From Myxococcota bacterium (GTDB lineage Bacteria > Myxococcota_A > UBA796 > CAJQPC01), in contig DASCPX010000061.1 in NCBI GenBank assembly GCA_036012755.1, positions 1 to 26,711 on the forward strand: 26,711 bases of DNA. The letters are read 5' to 3'. Below are positions 16,448 to 25,399 of the stretch, piece by piece. Within the stretch, counting starts at the first letter, position 1, and the number at the start of each line of letters is the position of its first letter. The translations under genes were made by a program, and so were the position numbers. The notes below the pieces were generated by a model, which worked only from the letters and a program-made list of their open reading frames with translations, did no database searches and was not told the DNA's origin.

Positions 16448-17530
16448 ATGAAGCGACGTGAGCTGTTGCAGTTGTCGGCCCTCACGGCCGCATCCGTGGT
16501 CTTTCCCGCGGCGGCCAGGGGCCAGGACCTCGAGGGCGAGCGCCTCGCTCGCGTGGAGCGGATCCTCGCCGGGCTCTCGTTGGACGAGAAGATCGGCCAG
16601 ATGATGATGAGCTACCCACCGCTGGAGAAGACCGGGCCGGTCCCAGTGGGCTCGGTCATCTTCGTGGGCAACCTGCTGAAGTCCGAGTCCGCGGTCGTGG
16701 AGCGCGTGGAGTCCCTCCAGAGCCGTTCGAGCATCCCGCTGTTGATCGCGGCTGACGTCGAGGGTGGCAAGCTCAACAAGCTCTCCTTCCTCCCCGGGTT
16801 GGAGGCCGTGCCGAGCAACCGGGAGCTCGCGGACGAAGGAGAGGAGGCGGCGCGCGAGTGGGGTCGCCGGGTCGGCGCGGGCATGCGTCGCCTGGGAATC
16901 AACATGGCGCTGGCGCCGGTGCTCGACGTGGCTGGCTCCGGCATGATGTTCGAGAGCGGTCGCAGCTTCGGCGCGGATCCGGCGACGGCCGCGCAGCTCG
17001 GCCAGGCGTACAGTGCGGGGCTCGCAGAGAGCGGCGTGGTGGCCGTGGGCAAGCACTGGCCCGGATACGGCTCGCTGAGCGAGAACACCGATCACAACTT
17101 CGTCGTGACCAGCCGCAGCAGCGGCGAGGTGGAGCGACAGGCCCAGGCCTTCGTTGGCTGTGGGGACGCCATCGTCGGCGTGATGCTGGCGAACGTCGGC
17201 TTCGACTCCTATGGCAGCGTGCCAGCCATCCTGAGCGCCGACCTGGTGAAGGCGGCCCATCGCCAGGCCTGGCTCGCGATCACGGATGACCTCGCCATCG
17301 ATGCGCTCGCAGAGGCCACCGGCGGCGACAAGGAGGAGGTCGTGCGTCGCGCCTTCCTGGCGGGGAACGACATCCTGCTGACCACCGCTCCGATCGACTG
17401 GGATCGTGCGCTGGACTACCGCGGCATCATCAGGGCGCTCGTCGACGAGAGGCCCGATCTCGTGTCCCGCGTCGACGACAGCGTGCACCGAATCCTGCGA
17501 GTGAAGGCCCGCGCCGGCTTGCTAGACTGA
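16448..17530 (+). CDS. Tat-exported glycoside hydrolase family 3 protein (NagZ-like single domain)
   Basis: AAGGAG RBS; MKRRELLQL twin-Arg signal ending ARG-Q; LDEKIGQM, ADVEGG, LAPVLDV, RSFGADP, KHWPGYG, ITDDL, AFLAGNDILL, SVHRILRVK. Confidence 0.9.
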   Translation: MKRRELLQLSALTAASVVFPAAARGQDLEGERLARVERILAGLSLDEKIGQMMMSYPPLEKTGPVPVGSVIFVGNLLKSESAVVERVESLQSRSSIPLLIAADVEGGKLNKLSFLPGLEAVPSNRELADEGEEAAREWGRRVGAGMRRLGINMALAPVLDVAGSGMMFESGRSFGADPATAAQLGQAYSAGLAESGVVAVGKHWPGYGSLSENTDHNFVVTSRSSGEVERQAQAFVGCGDAIVGVMLANVGFDSYGSVPAILSADLVKAAHRQAWLAITDDLAIDALAEATGGDKEEVVRRAFLAGNDILLTTAPIDWDRALDYRGIIRALVDERPDLVSRVDDSVHRILRVKARAGLLD

Positions 17531-18496
17531 GGCCCCCTCGGTCCCGAAGGGGTTGTAGGACTCGGCCCGGACGACCTTGTTCCGCCCCTCGTCCTTCGCT
17601 GTATAGAGCGCCTTGTCGGCCCGGGAGATCCACGGAACCTGGAGCTCGTCCTCGCAGCGCTGCGCAACGCCGAAGCTCGTGGTGACCTTCAGACCCGTCG
17701 CGGTTCGGCCCCAGTCGTGGCCGGCGATCGCCCGCCGAATGCGCTCAGCGACTTCGAGGGCGCCGTCCTCGTCAGAGCCCGGGAGGAAGACCGCGATCTC
17801 CTCGCCGCCGTAGCGGACGACCGGATCGGTGTCCCGCACGCCGAGCATCACGAGCCGCGCGATGCCGGTGAGGACCTCGTCGCCGACGGAGTGTCCATAG
17901 GTGTCGTTGATGCTCTTGAAGCGGTCCACGTCGGCGAAGATGATGCTGATCGGGACCTTGGCCTCGACGCAGCGCTCGCAGAGATCCGGCAGCTCATCCT
18001 TGAGGTAGGCGCGGGTGTGGAGCCCCGTGAGCGTGTCCCGGCCGACCTGCTGGAGGCACTCGAGCACACGCCCGAGGTGGGCGAGCTCGTCGAGTCCGAG
18101 GAGGTCGAGGCGCAGCGAGACGCCTCCGATCTCCAGGTGGTCCCCGGGACGCAACAGCGCGCGGCTGACGCTCTGGTCGTTCACGCGGGTGCCGTTGGTG
18201 GAGCCGAGATCCTGCACGGTGACCTCGCCGCGGTCATCGCAGCTCACCAGGGCGTGGGCCCGAGACACCGAGGCGTCCGCCAGCTGCAGCCCGGCGCTCT
18301 CGTCGCGTCCGACCACGACCTCCTCGCCCCCCGACAGCGAGGAGAAGCGCAGCATGTCCTGGCCCGCGACGACTCGAATCGTCGGGATGGCGACGCGGCG
18401 CAGGCGGCGCTGGCGGGGCAAGGACAGCTTCATCGTGACCTCTGAGAGGTCGTCGAATCCCGCGTCGGGACGCGAGCTATTGCCGCGCTCGGCCAT
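17522..18496 (-). CDS. FHA-domain diguanylate cyclase
   Basis: FHA: VGRD...VSRAHA...DLGSTNGT. GGDEF: DTLTGL, DVDRFKSINDTYGHSVGD, RDTD I-site, RYGGEEI, ADKALYTAK..GRN. Start ATG 18496 (alternatives 18526, 18433). 3' end overlaps the GH3 gene by 9 bp. Confidence 0.93.
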   Translation of the reverse strand: MAERGNSSRPDAGFDDLSEVTMKLSLPRQRRLRRVAIPTIRVVAGQDMLRFSSLSGGEEVVVGRDESAGLQLADASVSRAHALVSCDDRGEVTVQDLGSTNGTRVNDQSVSRALLRPGDHLEIGGVSLRLDLLGLDELAHLGRVLECLQQVGRDTLTGLHTRAYLKDELPDLCERCVEAKVPISIIFADVDRFKSINDTYGHSVGDEVLTGIARLVMLGVRDTDPVVRYGGEEIAVFLPGSDEDGALEVAERIRRAIAGHDWGRTATGLKVTTSFGVAQRCEDELQVPWISRADKALYTAKDEGRNKVVRAESYNPFGTEGASV

Positions 18497-18571
18497 GACT
18501 TCCAAGGCTACCGCGAATGGGCGCAAAGCTCCACGCCATGCGCCATCGTCCGGCTCCCGAGCCTGGCGAGC

Positions 18572-21500
18572 CTACTGTCGCTGTCTGATGTGGAACTCGA
18601 CTCGTCGGTTCGCCGCGCGGGCCTCTTCGCTGGTCCCTGGTTGGAGCGGCTGGGACTCGCCGTAGCCCTGAGCCATCAGGCGCGACTCCTCGACGCCGGA
18701 CTGGACGAGGTAGGAACGGACCGACTTCGCGCGGCGCATGGACAGGTCGAGGTTGTACTCCTCGTCGCCCTGGTCGTCGGTGTGGCCCTGGATCTCGACC
18801 AGGGCGAGCTCGGGGTGGTTGAGCATGGTCTCGACCACCTCGTCGAGGAGGGAGAAGGAATCCTTGGCGATGATGTCGGCGTCGAGCTCGAAGAAGACCT
18901 TGTCCAGGATCAGGACGCGGTCACCCTCGACCACGACGCGGCCGCTCTGGAGCACGACGTCGACCCGCGCGGTCGAGCCGCCCTCGACGATCACGGCGTT
19001 CTCGATGCTCCGGTAGCCGTTGGCGGACACCACGAGGCTGTAGTCGCCGGGCTCGAGCTCCAGCTCGGTGATGCCATCGTCCCCGCCGACCTCCACGATC
19101 GCGGCTCCGAGGACGCGCACGCGGCATGCCACCGGCAGCCCCTGCTCGTCCTTGGCGGTGACGACCACCTGCCCCGGTCCCGCGTCCACCGGCACCGGCG
19201 TCACGATCACCTCGACAGGCACCTCCGGTGCGATCTGTGGTGACCAGGCCACTCCAGCGAAGACGCGGTAGTCGGGCGCCCCGATGCCCTGGCTCAGTCC
19301 ACCTCCGGCGCCGGCGTGGACCACCACGGCCAACAAGGGGTGGAGGTGGATGGCGCCGAGGGCCTCGACCGGGTGGGCTCCGGCCCCCTCCTGGCCCCAG
19401 ATGAGCTCGCCGTCGAGCTCGGCGGAGACGGACAGCAGGTTGTTCGCGCGCAAGGCGGCGCCGAGGCCGTAGTCGATGCGCGGCCCCCACTTCAGGGTCG
19501 GTCCGAGCTGCTGCCTGGTGCCAGAGCTGCCTCCGAGAGCGGCGGCTACCAGGACCGGGCCCGTCGCGAAGGAGCCGGACAAGGCGCCGCCGGCGGTGGG
19601 GTCGGCTTCACCGAGCCAGGAGCCCTCGTTGCCGGTGGGGAGGTCGAGGTGGCCGTGGAGCGCCACCCCGAGGCCGTCACCGCGCCGCTGGACGAGCTCT
19701 CCGCTCGCCGCGACCCGCGCGTCCCCGACGAGGTTGAAGCCCCCGACCTCGTAGCCCGTGGCCGCCATGTGCAGCGGCAGGTCCACGCCGACCCGCGCCC
19801 TCGGCAGGTTGACCCAGGCCTGGGCGTTGGCCGTCGCGAGGTGCTCCACCAGCTTCAGCTCCTCGCGGCCGTCGGTGTAGCGGTAGACGAAGGGGTCGTT
19901 GGCGTAGCTCAGGACGAACCCGCCTCCAGCCGTGAAGCTCGGCCCCACGACGGTGTCGGGCACCACCAGCAGATCACTGGCGCCCAGGGCGGGCCGTAGA
20001 CGCTGGGCGTCGAGGCTCTGGGGAGCGTCCTGCGCGGCGGCGGCGCCAGGGACCAGGAGCACCGCGGCGAGGGACCAGCGCCGACGGGTCAACAGCGCGC
20101 CCAGTAGAGCGAGGGCGAGGGCAGGCACTGCCCCCCCGGTGCTGCACGAGCCTCCGGTGAATTCGCCGCCGGAGAACAGCGGGTCACCGGTGACGCCCGT
20201 GTCGTCGGTGCCCGAGTCCTGGGAGCAGAGGCCCTCGTCGTCGGTGGGGTCGAGGATGTTCGGCACGCCGTCGCAGTCCGAGTCCTCGTCACAGGGCCCC
20301 TCCTGGCCGTCGGGGATGCCATCGCCGTCTGTGTCCGGGTCGAGCGGGTCAGAGCCGCAGTCGCCCTCGACGTCGTTGTCGAGGCCGTCGCCGTCGGCGT
20401 CCGGGTCGGGGTCCTTGTAGTCGGGGATGCCGTCGCCGTCGGTGTCGCCGGTGCCCTCGTCGACGTCTGGAATGCCGTCACCGTCGCTGTCCTCGTCACA
20501 GAAGTCGGGCCAGCCGTCGTCGTCGGTGTCGTCCAGCCACTCGGTGCTGTCGTCGATACCGTCGCTGTCGCTGTCGAGGTCGTCGACCTCGCCGCCGTCG
20601 AGATCGCACTTGTCTTCGAGCGCGTCCCAGATGCCGTCGCCGTCGGTGTCGACGTCGTCGTCGGCCAGGGTCGGGTCGATCTCCCACTCCCCGACGGCCC
20701 CGTCGATGTCGCGGTCCTCGTCGCCGTCCGGGACGCCGCCGGTGTCGGAGTCGACGAGGTTGGCGTTGGTCTTGGACTCCGGATCCAGGTCCGGGCGGAA
20801 GCACCCGACGCTCTCGTCGGTGTCGGCGTGGGCCTCTTCGATTCCACGCTCGAGGCCGTCCGGGAGGCCATCTTCGTCCGTGTCGCAGGCCTGGGCGTTG
20901 GTGCTGATGTCGAGCTCGCGGTCGTCCGTGAGCCCGTCGTCATCCGAGTCCGCGTCCCCGGGGTCCGTGCCCGCAGCCAGCTCCTGGCTGTCGGTCAAGC
21001 CGTCGCCGTCGCTGTCGATGGCGAAGGGGTCGCACCAGCCGTCGGGCATCGTGCCGAGGCCCGCGCTGTCGTCGTGACCGGCGAGGTCGGCGTCGAGGTT
21101 CTGGAGCCCGTAGGCCCCCTCCGTCGCGAGGGCCACACCGAAGGCGATCTCGTCGCTCAGCAGGGTCTCTGCCTGGAAGTCCGCCTTGTCGATGGCGAGG
21201 TCGACGAACCAGTCCGCGTCACCCCCGCTGCTGCTGTCGGACTCGGTGAACCGAGCCAGCTCGTCGTCTTCTGGAGAGGAGCTGATCACATCCACCGTCG
21301 TGAGCGTCGCGTCGACGCCAACGGCGCCATCCTCGTTCGCGGCCAGCGCGAGATAGGGCGCGGGCCCGCTCACGCCGAGGGCGTACTCGAAGGTGCTCGT
21401 GTCGCCGTCGAGCTCGAAGAGGACGGCCCAGCCGCCAGGGACCAGCGTCGTCTCGGAGCTGTCGGACCAGGGGTCCTCGTCGATGCGCACGCGGAACCAG

Positions 21501-21685
21501 AGCGTCTCGCCGTCCGTTGCCCAGAAACCGGCCGGATCCGCGGCGGTCCCGACGAGGTCGACAGCGTCGTCGTCGTGCTGGTGGTCGTCCCTCTCGTCGA
21601 CGAGATCGACTCCGTCCATCGTGAGGGGGACCCAGTCTCCTTCGGCGGGCCAGGCGTGTACGTTCAGCGACAGCAGGATCAGCAT
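18572..21685 (-). CDS. Large OmpA-family surface protein: N-terminal beta-rich domain, TSP3-like Ca-binding repeats, internal MYXO-CTERM-like tag, beta-barrel, PEGA/carboxypeptidase-regulatory-like domain, OmpA C-terminal domain
   Basis: Many DxDxDG repeats; GGSCSTGG-hydrophobic-RRR; barrel ending PDYRVFAGVAW; C-terminal VFFELD...IQGHTDD.G...YNLDLSMRRAKSV...GYGESQP...NRRVEF. GGAG RBS before ATG 21685. Confidence 0.9.
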   Translation of the reverse strand: MLILLSLNVHAWPAEGDWVPLTMDGVDLVDERDDHQHDDDAVDLVGTAADPAGFWATDGETLWFRVRIDEDPWSDSSETTLVPGGWAVLFELDGDTSTFEYALGVSGPAPYLALAANEDGAVGVDATLTTVDVISSSPEDDELARFTESDSSSGGDADWFVDLAIDKADFQAETLLSDEIAFGVALATEGAYGLQNLDADLAGHDDSAGLGTMPDGWCDPFAIDSDGDGLTDSQELAAGTDPGDADSDDDGLTDDRELDISTNAQACDTDEDGLPDGLERGIEEAHADTDESVGCFRPDLDPESKTNANLVDSDTGGVPDGDEDRDIDGAVGEWEIDPTLADDDVDTDGDGIWDALEDKCDLDGGEVDDLDSDSDGIDDSTEWLDDTDDDGWPDFCDEDSDGDGIPDVDEGTGDTDGDGIPDYKDPDPDADGDGLDNDVEGDCGSDPLDPDTDGDGIPDGQEGPCDEDSDCDGVPNILDPTDDEGLCSQDSGTDDTGVTGDPLFSGGEFTGGSCSTGGAVPALALALLGALLTRRRWSLAAVLLVPGAAAAQDAPQSLDAQRLRPALGASDLLVVPDTVVGPSFTAGGGFVLSYANDPFVYRYTDGREELKLVEHLATANAQAWVNLPRARVGVDLPLHMAATGYEVGGFNLVGDARVAASGELVQRRGDGLGVALHGHLDLPTGNEGSWLGEADPTAGGALSGSFATGPVLVAAALGGSSGTRQQLGPTLKWGPRIDYGLGAALRANNLLSVSAELDGELIWGQEGAGAHPVEALGAIHLHPLLAVVVHAGAGGGLSQGIGAPDYRVFAGVAWSPQIAPEVPVEVIVTPVPVDAGPGQVVVTAKDEQGLPVACRVRVLGAAIVEVGGDDGITELELEPGDYSLVVSANGYRSIENAVIVEGGSTARVDVVLQSGRVVVEGDRVLILDKVFFELDADIIAKDSFSLLDEVVETMLNHPELALVEIQGHTDDQGDEEYNLDLSMRRAKSVRSYLVQSGVEESRLMAQGYGESQPLQPGTSEEARAANRRVEFHIRQRQ

Positions 21686-21698
21686 GGTGGCTCCGTGA

Positions 21699-21720
21699 AC
21701 CTGAAGTATCACCTGAAGTA
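21699..21720. promoter_or_regulatory. 10-bp direct repeat ACCTGAAGTA x2 in a divergent promoter region
   Basis: Exact copies at 21699-21708 and 21711-21720; AT-rich; TTGACA on the minus strand at 21732-21737. Confidence 0.45.
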
Positions 21721-21763
21721 GTGATTATGCATGTCAACAGTGCGCGGTGGTTAGGGCCTGATC

Positions 21764-22429
21764 ATGTCTCTGCGCCCTGCCGCCACCGTGATCGTGCTCC
21801 GAGACGGGCCCGAGGCCCCGGAGGTGCTCATGGTGAAGCGGAGCCGGCGGTCGGCTTTCATGCCGGACGCCTATGTCTTCCCCGGTGGTCGCGTGGATCC
21901 CGAGGACGCGGGCATCGAGGTGCCTGGCGGTGAAGCCGACCGGGTCCGCATGGGTCTGGGAGAGGCAGGCACCGCCTACCAGGTCGCGGCGGCGCGGGAG
22001 TGCTTCGAGGAGGCCCGCGTGCGGCTCGTCCCCGGAGAGCTCGTGTACTGGGCCCACTGGATCACGCCCAGGGAGCGACCGTTGCGCTACGACACGCGCT
22101 TCTTCGTCGCGAAGGTCCCACCCGACCAGGTGGCCGTTCACGACGGCCACGAGACGGTCGACAGTGCCTGGTGGACCGTTGGTGAGATCTTCCGCCGCTT
22201 CGAGGATGGCCGCATCCAGCTCCCGCCCCCGACCTGGCGCACGCTCTTCGAGCTCCGGGACTTCCGGGATGTCGACGCCGTCCTCGCCTCTGGACGGAAG
22301 AGGCCCACGCCGCCGATCGAGCCGAGGGCAGAGGTCATCGACGGCAGGATCACGGTCATCCTGCCGGAGGGTGTGCCGGAGCCGAGGAAGCACGTCTTCG
22401 ACGGACAGCGGTGGTTCGTCCACAGCTAG
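21764..22429 (+). CDS. NUDIX hydrolase (NUDT19-like)
   Basis: RPAATVIVLRD, FMPDAYVFPGGRVD, AAARECFEEA, WAHWITP...RYDTRFF, LPPPT. Confidence 0.92.
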   Translation: MSLRPAATVIVLRDGPEAPEVLMVKRSRRSAFMPDAYVFPGGRVDPEDAGIEVPGGEADRVRMGLGEAGTAYQVAAARECFEEARVRLVPGELVYWAHWITPRERPLRYDTRFFVAKVPPDQVAVHDGHETVDSAWWTVGEIFRRFEDGRIQLPPPTWRTLFELRDFRDVDAVLASGRKRPTPPIEPRAEVIDGRITVILPEGVPEPRKHVFDGQRWFVHS

Positions 22430-22512
22430 GGTCCGGGCGTGACCCTCCAGAGCCCCGCCCCGGCGCAGGCTAGCAGCAGCGACAGCATCGGCTCGAAGGC
22501 TACAGTAGCGTC

Positions 22513-23745
22513 GTGCTCCTCGCGCTGTTCGCACAGGTCCACGCCACCGCTCCCGGACTCCGGAGCGACCTCGTACACGTGAAGGTCAGCGAGGCGCGAC
22601 CGGGGCTCGCGAAGCTAGGTCAGCCTCTCTGGCCTGGCAGTCCCTGGGTGCGCGTGACCACGGACGATGCCGGAGCGCTGGCTCTTCGGCTGAGGTCCGA
22701 GGACTGGGTCGCTGCCGCCACACCGGCGCTCGCTCCCCAGCCGCCTCCACAGGACATCCCGCCCGAGACCCCGGATCTCAGCTCCGAGCAGATCTACCTG
22801 GGCGCGAGCCCGGAGGGCCTCGGTGTCGAGCCGGTCACCGAGTGGCCAGGCGCACGCGGGGAGCACGTCGCTGTGGCCGACGTCGAGTTCTCCTGGGATC
22901 CGGAGCACGAGGATCTCGGCAGCACGGTGGACGCGACCACATGGGGCTGGGACCCGGAGACCTGGGTCTTTCACGGCAACGCCGTGCTCAGCCTGATCGT
23001 CTCCGGCGACAACGGCTACGGGCTGGTCGGCATCGCACCGGAGGCCACGGCCATCGTCGTGCATCCCTACGTGGCGGAGGACGACTATGACGTCGCCGCC
23101 GCGATCGGTGGGGCGGCAGAGCTGCTGGAGCCGGGTGACGTCCTCCTCATCGAGCAGCAGGCCTACGCCAACGGCAACTACGCGCCTGTGTCGGTGAGCC
23201 CCTCTGTCTTCGACGCCATCGAGCTGTTGGTCGACGCTGGCGTCGTAGTGATCGAGCCAGCCGGCAACGGTGGCCAGGACCTCGACGACGACGGCTTCGA
23301 GGGCTGGTTCGATCCCTCGATTCGTGACCACGGCGGCATCGTCGTGGGCGGAGGCGCGTCACCGCTGGACTCCTCGAACCCAATCCGGGGATGGACCGGG
23401 GGCTCGAACCACGGGGCCCGAGTGGACGTGCAGGCCTGGTACTCGTACACGACCGTCTCTGCGACCACGGGGGACTACCAGCCAGACCTCTTCTACGGTG
23501 ACTCCGACGACCGCCAGGCCTACACGACCCAGTTCGGAGGGACCTCTGGTGCTGCCGCGATGGTCGCTGGCATCGCGGCGGCGTTCCAGTCGGCGGCGAT
23601 CGAGCTGACCGGGTCTCCGTGGGCACCTCGGGAGCTGAGGGCGCTCATGGTCTCGACGGGTACGCCGCAGTCGTCCCTGACGTCGCAACAGATCGGTCCC
23701 CAGCCGGATCTCGCTCGCATGCTCCGCTGGGGGCTGCCGAGGTAG
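22513..23745 (+). CDS. Secreted S8 (subtilisin-like) serine peptidase
   Basis: Triad motifs VAVADVE (Asp), HGNAVL (His), FGGTSGAAAMVAG (Ser); PAGNG oxyanion Asn; short signal ending VHA. Confidence 0.9.
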   Translation: MLLALFAQVHATAPGLRSDLVHVKVSEARPGLAKLGQPLWPGSPWVRVTTDDAGALALRLRSEDWVAAATPALAPQPPPQDIPPETPDLSSEQIYLGASPEGLGVEPVTEWPGARGEHVAVADVEFSWDPEHEDLGSTVDATTWGWDPETWVFHGNAVLSLIVSGDNGYGLVGIAPEATAIVVHPYVAEDDYDVAAAIGGAAELLEPGDVLLIEQQAYANGNYAPVSVSPSVFDAIELLVDAGVVVIEPAGNGGQDLDDDGFEGWFDPSIRDHGGIVVGGGASPLDSSNPIRGWTGGSNHGARVDVQAWYSYTTVSATTGDYQPDLFYGDSDDRQAYTTQFGGTSGAAAMVAGIAAAFQSAAIELTGSPWAPRELRALMVSTGTPQSSLTSQQIGPQPDLARMLRWGLPR

Positions 23746-23748
23746 CCC

Positions 23749-25308
23749 TCAGCGCTTGGCTGCGCGCTTCAGCTTGGTCTTGGCGGCGAAGCCGAGGTCG
23801 ACGGCGAGCTGGAATCCTCCGGGGATCTCGCTGTCGAGCCGGGCCATCAGCGCGATGACCTGACCGTCGTGGAGCTCGAGGCGGAGGCTGACGCGTTGGC
23901 CCTCCGTCGGCGGCGCTTCGTGGGTCTGGAGCGCCAGCCTCTTCTTCTTGAGTCCGCCTTCCCAGGAGTCGGCGAAGGCGTCCCGGTCCGCCCACTTGAT
24001 GACGTAGGTATCGCCGACCTTGTGGACCTTGGGCCCGCCAGTGGTGACCGCGGCTGGCTCCGGTTCCGGTTCCGGCTCCGGTTCCGACTCCGGTTCCGAC
24101 TCCGGTTCCGGCTCCTCTGCCGTGGGAGGCGGAGGGGCCGGGTCTTCCGGCAGGTCGGCGGGGGCCTCCCGGCGAGCGAGCACCTCCGCGTCGACGGGCG
24201 TCTCCATGTCGGAGATGTTCTCTTCGTCGGTCACCTCGTCTTCGACGTCCTCGTCTTCGACTTCCTGGTGTTCCTCGACGTCTCCGACTTCCTGGACCGT
24301 CTCGATGTCCTCGTCCTGGGGGTCGAAGTCCACCGTCGGCATGTCGTCGACCGCGGGAGACTGCACGACCTCGTCCGGAGCGCTGGACTGAGGCACGTCG
24401 CTGTCGTCCCGGAAGGGTGGGGGCCGGAGGTCGTCCGTGTCGTCGTCGTCGAACTCGTCTTCGTAGACGAACTGCTCCACCGGTGGGTCCGGGACCTCGC
24501 TCGTGCCCATGACCTCGATCAGCGAGTCGTCCTCGTCGTCGTCCTCGATGATGTCCTCGAGCACGCCTCCCTCTTCGAGGAGCGAGTCGAAGTCGTCCTC
24601 TGAGAGGAAGCCGTCTTCGCTGGCGTCTTCGTCCAGGCCGAGGTCCAGGCTGTCGAGGCTGTCTCCGAGGGTGTCGAGCCAGCTCTCGTCCTCTGACTCC
24701 TGGGGTGCGGCGGTCTGGTTGGCAGGACGCGCTGGCGGAGGGTTCTTGGCCTCGCGCTCCCGGCGTGCAGCGAGGGAGTTCCGGAGCGCGCTCAGGACCG
24801 CCTCGCGATCTCCCTGGTTGACGTCCGTGTCGGAGTCGCTGCCCTCGAAGCCGTAGGGGTCCTTGGACTTCGACTGCTGGCCGAGGGTCTCGTCGATGGC
24901 CTTGAGGGTGTGGGCGACCTGGACGTCGTTCGCGGAGGACATCCGCATGTCGAACTTGTCCTGGATCTCGTCTACGACGACCTCCGGGCGGGTGCTGGAG
25001 CCGCCGCCCGCGTGGGTCTCCATCCAGACGTGGTAGCGCGCCTTGTCCGTGTCGCTGACGTCGTCGACGGTGCAGTCGTAGCCTCGCTGTCCCGCGGCGT
25101 GCCCTCCGGTGCGCGTGACCTTGAGGACGCAGGTGAAGGGCACCGGTGTCCCCGGCAGCTCCATCTTCAGCGTCATCCGCTCCCCGATCTGCAGCTTTCG
25201 ATCGGTCTTGAGGGCGATTCGGTCCTCGCCGTCCAGACGAATGACGCGTCCGAAGGCGATGCCACTCTCGGTCTTCAGCGTGACCGGAAGATCCAGGTTG
25301 ACCTGCAT
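23749..25308 (-). CDS. Protein with two degenerate PilZ-like domains joined by a long acidic disordered linker
   Basis: N-term 'GRVIRLDGEDRIALKTDRKLQIGERMTLKMELPG' and C-term 'IKWADRDAFADSWEGGL...LQTHEAPPTEGQRVSLRLEL' resemble myxobacterial PilZ-type barrels; D/E-rich middle. Start trimmed to ATG 25308. Confidence 0.7.
   Translation of the reverse strand: MQVNLDLPVTLKTESGIAFGRVIRLDGEDRIALKTDRKLQIGERMTLKMELPGTPVPFTCVLKVTRTGGHAAGQRGYDCTVDDVSDTDKARYHVWMETHAGGGSSTRPEVVVDEIQDKFDMRMSSANDVQVAHTLKAIDETLGQQSKSKDPYGFEGSDSDTDVNQGDREAVLSALRNSLAARREREAKNPPPARPANQTAAPQESEDESWLDTLGDSLDSLDLGLDEDASEDGFLSEDDFDSLLEEGGVLEDIIEDDDEDDSLIEVMGTSEVPDPPVEQFVYEDEFDDDDTDDLRPPPFRDDSDVPQSSAPDEVVQSPAVDDMPTVDFDPQDEDIETVQEVGDVEEHQEVEDEDVEDEVTDEENISDMETPVDAEVLARREAPADLPEDPAPPPPTAEEPEPESEPESEPEPEPEPEPAAVTTGGPKVHKVGDTYVIKWADRDAFADSWEGGLKKKRLALQTHEAPPTEGQRVSLRLELHDGQVIALMARLDSEIPGGFQLAVDLGFAAKTKLKRAAKR
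24056..24115. repeat. Coding hexamer tandem repeat (TCCGGT/TCCGGC/TCCGAC) encoding EPEPESEPESEPEPEPEPEP
   Basis: About 10 degenerate 6-bp units read directly. Confidence 0.85.
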
Positions 25309-25399
25309 GAGCCAAACATTCTCGCACGACCGAGTTGGCGAGTCGATGGGGGGCGTCAGAGTCCGTGGTCGATCCGATGAGCCTGGTCCATGATGCGGC

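Noticed and set aside
20240..21016. Repetitive GTCGCCGTC-type DNA as a possible CRISPR or DNA repeat array
   Set aside because: It is explained by coding DxDxDG (TSP3-like) repeats, with no constant repeat-spacer period. The same applies to 25500-25830.
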